From positions 32,001 to 96,000 of the forward strand of contig CAVZRV010000030.1 in NCBI GenBank assembly GCA_963777605.1: a DNA stretch of 64,000 nucleotides, read 5' to 3'. Position 1 is the stretch's first letter. Each line of letters starts with the position of its first letter. Below are positions 1-8,421 of the stretch, one piece after another. Position numbers and translations under genes: made by a program. Origin of the DNA: an uncultured Acidobacteriota bacterium. Lineage in GTDB: Bacteria; Acidobacteriota; UBA6911; RPQK01; JAPXNP01. The notes below the pieces were generated by a model. The model saw only the letters and a program-made list of their open reading frames with translations. It was not told the DNA's origin and searched no databases.

Positions 1-1097
1 CTGCGCACGGGGCGGACCTATCAATTCTTGCTGGACGAGGTGAACCGGTACTTTGCCGATCCCTTCGACATCGTCACGAGCCCCGACGGAAAACGGGCTT
101 TCGTCAGCCACTCCGGAGTCGATCGCGTCAGTGTGATCGATCTGCAGGCACTCCGCCGACTGGTTGACCAGGTTGTCGCCGGGCGGTTGAGCGAGTCCGA
201 ACTCCGACTCGATCTGAGTTCCCAGTTCGTGGTGAAGCGTATCGAAACGGCCAGCAACCCAAAGGGCCTGGCGGTTTCACCGGACGGACGGACACTTTTC
301 GTGGCGGAACGGCTTTCCGACTCCATCCTTGCCGTTGACCTGGACACCCTGGAACCGGCTTACCGGGTCGATCTGGGAGGTCCGGCTCACGAAACGGCGG
401 TACGGAGGGGCGAAAAACTGTTCAATAGTGCGGCGCGCACGTTTCAGGGGCAGTTCAGTTGCCGGAGTTGCCATCCCCGCAACCACACCGACCGGCTCCA
501 GTACGACTTCGAACCGGATGGCCTCGGGGAGAACATCGTTGACAACCGTTCTTTGACCGGGATTCGCTATACCGCCCCGTACAAGTGGAACGGCAAGAAC
601 ACGAGCCTCTTCATGCAGTGCGGAATCCGGTTCTCTCGGATCCTGACCCGGGTCGATTCCTTCAGCGGTGACGAACTGAGCGCGCTCGTGGCCTACATCC
701 GCTCATTGCCGGTGCCGCCGAATCCCCGGTCTCACGAGGATCCTTCCAAGGTTCCCGCGTTGGAGCGGGGCCGTCACTTTTTCGATCGGACCCATACCAA
801 AACCGGTGAGTTGATATCCGGAGTCGAACCGATGCATCACCTGCCACCCAGCCCCGCTTTACACCAATCGGAAGAGCGCCGACGTGGGCAGTGCATCGCC
901 GGGCGATTCGGGCACGGGTTTTCGACACGCCCCATCTCAATAACATTTTTGCGACGGCTCCCTACCTCCATGACGGGAAGGCTCGGACCCTGGAGGAGAT
1001 CTGGACCGTCTACAACGGAAACGACACTCACGGATACACCCGGGACATGTCCAACAGGGATCTCAACGACCTGATTGAGTATCTGAAAACGTTCTGA
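1..1097 (+). CDS. YVTN/YncE-type beta-propeller fused to di-haem cytochrome c (CCP/MauG-like) domain; 5' truncated by window; two apparent +1 frameshifts (~817, ~920)
   Basis: Frame open from base 1; propeller repeats (SPDGKRAFV, SPDGRTLFVA). CxxCH #1 is CRSCH (460-474). CxxCH #2 is CITCH in the +1 frame (833-847). The C-terminal FDTPHL..TAPYLHDG motif lies in the third frame (ORF 891-1097). Confidence 0.8.
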
Positions 1098-1107
1098 GGA
1101 CAAGAAA

Positions 1108-2347
1108 GTGAAAGAAAAAAGCCTGGTTTTGCTGCTGCTCTTCTCCTCGGTAGCTGCCGCCGTACTGGCGAGCCGGCTCCCTCGAGAAACGACCGTGATT
1201 GCGGAGCATCCGGCCGAACCAGTTCCCTACGCCGGGACAACCCCGGAGCCGAGTTTGTCCGATCACCCGAACCACGATGACCTCGGTGGCCTGTCACCCC
1301 TCCCCCTGGCCACCGAATGGACCAATTTCACGGTTCGGGACGGGCTGCCGTCGAATAAGGTTTTCTCTATCCGGATCGACGGCGATCGGGTCTGGGCCGG
1401 CACCGACCAGGGCCTGGCTTGCTACGAGTCGGGCCGTTGGACGGTTATCGGCGTCAAGGACGGCCTGCCGCACCAGGCCGTCCTGAGCGTCGATGTCAGC
1501 CCTCAGACCGGAGATTTGTGGGTTGGTACCATGGGAGGGCTGGCCCGGATTACGGGGGGCCGAATTGACGTCTTCACCCAGACCAGCAGCGGTCTGTCCA
1601 ACAATTTCGTCAACGAAGTGCAGTGTGACCCGGAAGAAAACGTCGTTTGGGCTGCCACCGCGATGGGCCTGTCCCGTTATGACGTGACGTCCAATACGTG
1701 GCAGGTCTACACCCACGAGAACACGCCGATGCACGAACCCTGGACTTACTCGGTGGCGGTCGATCGAGGGATGGTCTACGTCGGAGCCTGGGGAGCCGGA
1801 ATCCTCGAGTACACCAAGGCGAACGGTCGCTGGAGGGAATACCGGGACCCGGACGGGGAGATGGAAATCGACCTGCTGCCCAACGACGGACCGGTTCACG
1901 ATGTTACTTCGGCAGTCGATTTCGCCGGGGGAGTTTTGTGGCAGGGATCTTACATGGGGATGGCGTCCTACAACGGCAGTGAGTGGCGCAGCTACTACAA
2001 GGAAGACAGCGGCCTTCCCAGCAATTTCGTCAACTTCGTTCGTGCCAGGGGCCGGGTAGCCTGGGTCTGTACCGACTCGGGATTGAGCGTGACCGATTCG
2101 GAGCGCTGGCTGACTTATCGAAAGAGCGGTGCGGGCGGAGAAATCGCGTTCAGCCGTTCAGGGGAGGTCATCCGGAAACCAGCGCATCGGGTCGGTGTTC
2201 CCGCACAACTTCGTGTTGAGTGCGGATGTTCATGGTGACTCGGTCTGGCTGGCCACTGAAGGCGGGGTCAGCCGGGGTCACATCACCGGGACCTGGGACA
2301 CGGCGGAGTCGATGAATGCGGAGAGCGTGGCGAGGAGGGAAGAGTGA
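1108..2347 (+). CDS. Secreted two-component-regulator-propeller (Reg_prop) repeat protein; apparent +1 frameshift ~2180
   Basis: N-terminal hydrophobic signal; repeated DGLPSN/SGLSNN/SGLPSN + W-x-GT-x-GL blades. The final blade (FPHNFVLSADVHGDSVWLATEGGVS) is in the +1 frame and ends at 2347, overlapping the next start (GTGA). Confidence 0.75.
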
Positions 2348-3711
2348 TTCGAACACGGCTGATTCTCGGATTGATCTTCTGCCTCGCCGCCGCCACCGCA
2401 GCGGCACCTCCGGCTGAAAAGAACAAAGACCGCGCCCGCTATGCCAACCGTCCCGACAGCCTGGTGCCCTATGCGCGGGCGGCAGTCTACAAGGACACAT
2501 ACGCACAGCCTCCGGAATTCAAGGGGGCCGGGCGAGAGATCCCCGACCCGAAAGTCGATGTGGTCAAGATTGGCTTAATCGGTCCGCTGACCGAAGAAGA
2601 CGAGCCCAAGGTTCCTCCCGGGTTTCGTCCAGGAGTCAACCCGGGCCCGAAAGCGCTTTTCGGCCATCACATGCTGTTGGGCGCGCAAGTCGCGATCGAC
2701 TTTGCCAACCGCAACGGCGGTTACCATGGCAAGAGGTTCGAATTGGTCAAACGGACCGACCTGGTTCAGTGGGGACAGACCAGTGACGAACTGGCCAAGT
2801 TCGCTTTCGAAGACCGGGTCTGGGCGGTGATCTCGGGCATGGACAGCAACAGCAACCACGTGTTGAACCGGGCCACACTCAAGGCCGAAGTTCCCCTGCT
2901 CAACGCCGGGTCAACGGACCCGACCTTGACCGAGCACAACATCCCGTGGCTGGTGCGCTGCATCAACGACGACCGTCTCAACAGTTACGAACTCTTGAAT
3001 TACATTCACCGGGTTCGCAAATTCACCCGGATCGCGGTCCTGCGCGTCAACGACCGGGACGGGCGAGTCGGCGTCGCCGAGTTCATGAAAGGCGCCCGGC
3101 GGCTGGGAACTCCGGTGCTCCTCGAATTGAGGTTTCAAAACGGCGACCAGGATTTCAGGCCTCAGCTCAAGCAGATCCGGGCGCTCCAGCCGGAAGTGAT
3201 CGCCCTGTGGGCCAATCCGCCCGAAGGGGCGCTGATCATGAAGCAGGCAAGGGAACTGGGAATGACCCAACAGTTCGTCGGGTTTGACCGGCTCTCCCAC
3301 CCGACCTTCCTCAAGGAGGTCGGTGCAGCAGGTGACGGGATGGTGGTGGCCGCCACCTTCGATCCCGAAAGCCGAAGCCCGGAATGGCTGGAGTTCGAAC
3401 GGGCTTATCGAGATCGTTACGGAGAGGAGCCCGATGCCTTCGCGGTGCACGGCTACGACGGGGTCCGCCTGGTGATCTCCGCAATCCGCCGGGCCGGTCT
3501 CAACCGGGCCCGAATCCGGGATGCCCTCTATGCCACCACTACGTTCCCCGGGGCCAGCGGTACGATTCGTTTTGACACCACCATGAACGACATAAGCCGG
3601 CCCTGGCTGGCCACCGTCAAGGGCGGCACCCTGAAGTATTTTCAGCCGGAAGACTGGCCGCGGAACGAGCACTTCCCGGTCGTCGTGAGTTCCACGGAGA
3701 GTCGTCGATGA
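2344..3711 (+). CDS. Periplasmic binding protein, LivJ/branched-chain amino acid type (Peripla_BP_6)
   Basis: Signal peptide; VKIGLIGPL start, AVHGYDG, FPGASGTIRFD C-terminal motif; GTGA/ATGA overlaps with both neighbours. Confidence 0.8.
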   Translation: MIRTRLILGLIFCLAAATAAAPPAEKNKDRARYANRPDSLVPYARAAVYKDTYAQPPEFKGAGREIPDPKVDVVKIGLIGPLTEEDEPKVPPGFRPGVNPGPKALFGHHMLLGAQVAIDFANRNGGYHGKRFELVKRTDLVQWGQTSDELAKFAFEDRVWAVISGMDSNSNHVLNRATLKAEVPLLNAGSTDPTLTEHNIPWLVRCINDDRLNSYELLNYIHRVRKFTRIAVLRVNDRDGRVGVAEFMKGARRLGTPVLLELRFQNGDQDFRPQLKQIRALQPEVIALWANPPEGALIMKQARELGMTQQFVGFDRLSHPTFLKEVGAAGDGMVVAATFDPESRSPEWLEFERAYRDRYGEEPDAFAVHGYDGVRLVISAIRRAGLNRARIRDALYATTTFPGASGTIRFDTTMNDISRPWLATVKGGTLKYFQPEDWPRNEHFPVVVSSTESRR

Positions 3712-4355
3712 GACTTGGCCTCGGGTTATCACTTGTCACGATCCTTCTCTCCCCGGCGCTTGCGGGAGTAGGGGATCAGCCAAATGAGCCGACGGCCAGA
3801 ATCGGTGTTCTCGTGGCCGGCTCTGATTCCGATCAGGCGGTGGATGACGCGATTCTCTCGGGCGTCAGGATGGCGGCGGCGGAATGGGACCGGGAGCATC
3901 CAGATCAGTCGGGCAGTGTTCAGGTAGTCCCAATCCGGGCCAATACCCGGTGGGATTCCCAGACTTCCGACATCGTCAGGGCTATCTTCGACCACCGACT
4001 CGCAATCGTGATTGGTGCTCCCAACCGCCGAACCGCTCACCTGGCGGCCCAGGTCGTCACGCGGTTAAAAGGGTCTGCTCTCCTGATCGCAATCACTGAG
4101 GATGAGACGCTGACTCAGGCCGGCGTGCCCTGGCTCATGCGGATGTGGGTGGAATCCTCGTTGGCGCAGGCATCCGGAGCGCGGAGCGCGGCGCCGTACG
4201 AAGTTTTGGCCCGGGATGCCGGGCGCGCCGTATTGGAAGCAATCGCGGCCAGTGGTTACGGGGCATCCGGAATTCGCGAGTACTTGGCGGGACACCGATT
4301 TTCCAGCAGACTAGGGACCTTCACGTTCAACCAGTCTGGCGAACGAGTGCAGTAG
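3708..4355 (+). CDS. Short LivJ-like periplasmic binding protein (single-lobe / internally shortened)
   Basis: Signal peptide; RIGVLV, LTQAGVPWLMR (similar to LTEHNIPWLVR of the previous gene), GTFTFNQSGER C-terminus; only 215 aa. Confidence 0.6.
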   Translation: MRLGLGLSLVTILLSPALAGVGDQPNEPTARIGVLVAGSDSDQAVDDAILSGVRMAAAEWDREHPDQSGSVQVVPIRANTRWDSQTSDIVRAIFDHRLAIVIGAPNRRTAHLAAQVVTRLKGSALLIAITEDETLTQAGVPWLMRMWVESSLAQASGARSAAPYEVLARDAGRAVLEAIAASGYGASGIREYLAGHRFSSRLGTFTFNQSGERVQ

Positions 4356-4496
4356 GGTACAAGAACCGTTCCCGGAAACAGCAGGACGTCCCCGGTTGTT
4401 TCCTGGGAGGATACACGAGTTGACGGTTGGCACCCCACGCAGAGGCAGACTCCAACCGGGTCCGCGTACCGCGGAGATTTCACCCGGCAGGGGACA

Positions 4497-4553
4497 GGCG
4501 CCATGCCGGGAGACCCGGGGGCCTTCGTTACCCCCGGCTCTCTGTATGGCGCC
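4497..4553. repeat. REP-like imperfect palindrome, copy 1
   Basis: GGCGCCAT...CCGGGGG-ccttcgtta-CCCCCGG-ctct...ATGGCGCC between convergent genes; core shared with 21286-21312 and 46759-46791. Confidence 0.6.
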
Positions 4554-4637
4554 GCAAAGGGTTTGGCGACTGGGTCACGAGACAGCCTGGAATGATGTCC
4601 TACCTTGTCCCAAATCAGAAATCCAAGATCTTAGATC

Positions 4638-5928
4638 TCAGACTGCTTTGCGTTTTTCCGCGTCCCAGATCATGGTCTTGTTCTGGCGATAGGAATCGAC
4701 GCCGAGCTTGATTCCCACCATGGTGGCCGTTCCCAGATCGACGTTGCAGTACGGGACGCCACCATCGCGGATGCAGTTCAGAAAATTCCCTCGCAGATCC
4801 GGGCCGCTCGTCGGGCGTGATTCCGATGCGGGTGTACCCGCCGTTCATCTCCCGGAATTCCTTGACGAAGTCGCCGTTTCCAGAGACCGTCATGCCGGCA
4901 ACCTGGCCTGCCCGATCCTGGTCGGAGTCGAGTTCGATGGTCCCATACTGTCCGTAGATGCGCGTGGGAACAGGCGTGTCGTTGGTCAGGACGCTGGTCA
5001 GGTTAATGGTGAATCCCGAAGCGTAATCCACGTTCATGAGGAAGACGTCGGGGATGTCTCGGCCGTCTTTCAGTATGTAAAGGCCTCCGTTGGCGTTTAC
5101 CCGGTGCGGGAACTCTCCCGTGTTACCCGAGATCGCGATCAGGAGGGGGGCCAGCATGTGGTACAGGAGGTCGGTGGCCACGCCGCCGTTGTAGGGCCAG
5201 TACTTCCGGAACCGGAAGAAGTGCTCGGGATTCCAGGCGATCTTGGGAGCCAGGTTCCACTCCGACCCGAGCCACATGTCCCAGTCGATGTAGTCGTCGC
5301 CCGACTTGTTGGGACCAGCCGTCTCGTCGATCGGGAACCAGACATTGAACGCGCCGCCGCGGACGTTCCGGTTGTAGCCACCCTGGGCCCAGGTCACCTG
5401 CCCGACCTTGCCCGACTTGATCAGTTGCTGCGCTTTCCAGAAACGGTCGTCGGCGGTCCGATTCGGGCCAACCTGAAACACCTTGCCGTACTTCTTGACG
5501 GCATCCTGTACCTCGAACGCCTGGTCGATGGTCAGGGTCATCGGTTTTTCGCAGTAGACGTGCTTTCCGGCGTCCATGGCGTCTATGCTGATCTTGGAAT
5601 GCCAGTGATCCGGAGTCACGACCCAGACTGCATCGATATCCTTGCGCTCGAGCAGTTTCCGGTAGTCCATGAAGCCTTCACCGCCGCATTTCTGCTTGGC
5701 GCGGTTGAGTCGGCGGCGATATACATCGCAAACCGCCACTACCTTGCACCCGTATTTGTCCCCGTGGTCAACGAGCGCATTCACGTGGCCTGTCCCCTGG
5801 CCGCCTACGCCGATGATTCCAACGTTGATCCGATCGTTGGCTCCCAGGATGGTATTCCGACTTCCTACCGCCATCACACCGGCGGTGACTGCCGTGGACT
5901 TGAAGAAATCCCGTCGTGTCGTCTTCAT
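4638..5928 (-). CDS. Tat-exported Gfo/Idh/MocA family oxidoreductase; apparent +1 frameshift ~4800
   Basis: MKTTRRDFFK twin-arginine signal, GIIGVGGQG, TPDHWH, YCEKP. The conserved-looking C-terminus (GNFLNCIRDGG..CNVDLG..WD) is in the shifted frame, with its stop at 4638-4640. Confidence 0.85.
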
Positions 5929-6003
5929 CTCTGCCCTAGCTCCTTTCGAATTTCGCCTCACGCCGGTTGACGCCCGGTCGGTTCCTGCCAATTTATGGTG
6001 AGG

Positions 6004-6927
6004 TCAGTCCCGAGTCAAGATGGCGCCAATCTCGGTGCGCAGTTCCTCAGCAATGCCTTCCGCTGCACCGGCACGGACAATCCAGCTCAGTCCGACGTCA
6101 CCGCAAGACGGTGCAGGGCCCAGGTGGATCTCGATGTCCGCCGGCCCGAGGTCCATGCTCCGAACGATACCGTCCACCTCACAGCATCCCTTCATCCGCA
6201 GGATGTCGAAGCGTCTCCGGACCACGAATCTCTCGATTCGATTCAAGTCTACGCCTCTCCCTGCCCGAACGATGATGGTTTCGAATGCCTGGTTTGGACC
6301 GGAGCCGGGTGTTTCCGCAAGCCGACTGAGGCGGGATTCGGGGAAAAGGGGCCCGTCGGCGTCAGAAAAAGTGCACCGCCGGATTGTTGCCGTCGGCGTC
6401 AACTGAGCGATCCGTTCTGAAGCTCGGGCAAGCAGGGCTTCGGGATAAAGGTCACATTTGTTGAGCAAGACCCGGTCGGCGCATTCGACCTGTTTCTGGA
6501 TGCAGGGGACGGAGTCGACCATTTTCAGGAAGGGGGCGGGGTCCACTATTGTGGTCACCGAAACGAGAGGGAATCTGGAACGAAAACCACTTTCCGCGAG
6601 CACCCGGTCAGCCGAGCCAGGATCTGCGATACCGCTCGCCTCGATCAGTATTCCGTCGAAGCCAGGCTCTCCACCCGCTTCGCTGTCCAGATCCTTCAGA
6701 ACCCCGAGAAGCTCGGTAATTCTACACCGGCAGAAGATGCTTCCTCCACTGATCGAGCGAGCCCGGGCACCGAGGGAGAGCAGTCGATGACCGTCCACAT
6801 CCTGGGGAGAAAAGTCGTTCACGAGGTACAGAAACCGTTCCGTCCGGTGTTCGTTCCAGTGTCGTTCGAGCAGGGTAGTCTTGCCGCTGCCGAGAAACCC
6901 GGTGACAAGCGCGAGCGGTGTCTTCAT
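6004..6927 (-). CDS. CobW/COG0523 (G3E) P-loop GTPase, metallochaperone
   Basis: MKTPLALVTGFLGSGKTT, GGSIFCRC, IEASGIADP, LLNKCD, RMKG; ATG overlaps the upstream stop (ATGA). Confidence 0.85.
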   Translation of the reverse strand: MKTPLALVTGFLGSGKTTLLERHWNEHRTERFLYLVNDFSPQDVDGHRLLSLGARARSISGGSIFCRCRITELLGVLKDLDSEAGGEPGFDGILIEASGIADPGSADRVLAESGFRSRFPLVSVTTIVDPAPFLKMVDSVPCIQKQVECADRVLLNKCDLYPEALLARASERIAQLTPTATIRRCTFSDADGPLFPESRLSRLAETPGSGPNQAFETIIVRAGRGVDLNRIERFVVRRRFDILRMKGCCEVDGIVRSMDLGPADIEIHLGPAPSCGDVGLSWIVRAGAAEGIAEELRTEIGAILTRD

Positions 6928-8306
6928 TGCTGCTTGAGCTTCCATGCATTTTCGATCGTCGCAGCCAGTGTGGCCTGATCCGGGATGATCGAGGCAAAGG
7001 CTACGGCGCCGTCGATACAGATACTCGGGATCTGTCCCACTTCGAGGCGAGCCATGGCCGAGAGACCCTCGCGGGTCATGATTCGATGTTCTTTGGCGAT
7101 CACTGGGACCTTGACCTGTTTTGCCGCCCGTTGGACGGCTTCCATCATGTACTGGCAGGGAGCACACGAGGCCGAGTCCAATGTGATGACATCGATTTGT
7201 ACATGCGGCAGTCCCGTGTAGCAGTCCGGCAGGTCGGGCTTCACTTCCGACCCGCTCTTGGCGACGATTGTCCGCTTGGCCACTTCCCGGCTGTAGCCAT
7301 CTCGCACCATCTCTGAGACCGCCTGCAGGTTTGTCTCCGGAGTCGCATAGGGGAGGTCGCAGCCGGGTGATAGAACGAAACCGCATCCTCCCCCGATGTC
7401 CACACAGCGGATGGCGTCGAGTCGGGAGTCGTCGTCGTCTCCGAGGAGTAGCGTGGAGGTCAGCTTCAGATTGCCGCCGAATGACTTGTTGCTGGTCCGC
7501 GTAATGTCCCGGACCTTGGCTAGGGGTATATTTTCGTCGATCGAAATGTTGTCACAGCCAGTTTCGTTCATCACTTCCAGATTGCGTGTTGCATCACCGC
7601 ATACAAACAGGGACGAGAGTCCTTTGCGCCGGCGGATCTCTCCGAAGATCTGGTCGAGCGGACCGGCGACGAAGTCGGCGAAGTGGCGGGGGGATATTTG
7701 GCTTGTCATGGGATCAACGACGGCAACCACGTCGGCGCCGTTTTCGAGATATGCCGTCGCGACCCGGCTCCCGACCGCAGCACAGAAAGCGATCACGGCT
7801 TTGACGTAATCGGGATGATCGAACATGGAGAGGAAAATTCCGTTGCCCATCAGGTGGAGGGCCAGGGTGAAAGGGCCACAGATCAGTCCGTAAAGCCCGA
7901 CCTCCGCCCCGAACTCCCGCTTCAGCACGCCCAGTGTCTCGAATACGACGGGGAACCGTCCCTGGGACGGATCGAAAGACGGCAGGTCCGAGAGGGATCG
8001 TCCCGCCTCGAGAGGATGGTCCGCTACGCTCGGCGGTGAGTCTTCGGGCCAGTTGAGGCAACACCCCAGAACCTCGGCTTCGAGCTGCAGATCAAAACAG
8101 ACCGGCAGTGCGTCAGGACGGTAGAGTTCTGCCGCCTTGATCAGCCCGCCTGCCATCAGGCTCGATGAACGGAGATATCGGGGCGCCCTCTCACCGATCA
8201 GTTTGCCGCCATGAACACCTACAAAAGGTACCCAGGCGGGGCGCCAGGTCACCTCGTTTCGAATCGCACGCAGCAGGAGTCCACGACCGGTTTCATCGCT
8301 ATCCAC
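6924..8306 (-). CDS. Uroporphyrinogen decarboxylase/MtaA-CmuA family protein with C-terminal thioredoxin-like (CAPC) domain
   Basis: DLQLEAEVLG, GPFTLA, FVCGD, GGNL, LSPGCD motifs, then SASCAPCQYM...IPSICIDG; GTG start after GGGAGG. Confidence 0.8.
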   Translation of the reverse strand: MDSDETGRGLLLRAIRNEVTWRPAWVPFVGVHGGKLIGERAPRYLRSSSLMAGGLIKAAELYRPDALPVCFDLQLEAEVLGCCLNWPEDSPPSVADHPLEAGRSLSDLPSFDPSQGRFPVVFETLGVLKREFGAEVGLYGLICGPFTLALHLMGNGIFLSMFDHPDYVKAVIAFCAAVGSRVATAYLENGADVVAVVDPMTSQISPRHFADFVAGPLDQIFGEIRRRKGLSSLFVCGDATRNLEVMNETGCDNISIDENIPLAKVRDITRTSNKSFGGNLKLTSTLLLGDDDDSRLDAIRCVDIGGGCGFVLSPGCDLPYATPETNLQAVSEMVRDGYSREVAKRTIVAKSGSEVKPDLPDCYTGLPHVQIDVITLDSASCAPCQYMMEAVQRAAKQVKVPVIAKEHRIMTREGLSAMARLEVGQIPSICIDGAVAFASIIPDQATLAATIENAWKLKQQ

Positions 8307-8421
8307 TTTTGTTCCCTCCCGAGAATACCATCGGGAATTAGCGATTAGGAGAGGTGTCGGGTTTCTGACCTCTGCTCGACCCCACCACCCACTGCGAGCG
8401 GGGTCCAGGTTGAAGGCCGAT

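Noticed and set aside
4708-5970. Long antisense ORFs (also 24980-26203, 26231-27853, 54514-55788, 11782-12795 and others)
   Set aside because: They mirror well-conserved genes on the opposite strand and have no motifs; this is typical shadow-ORF behaviour in high-GC DNA
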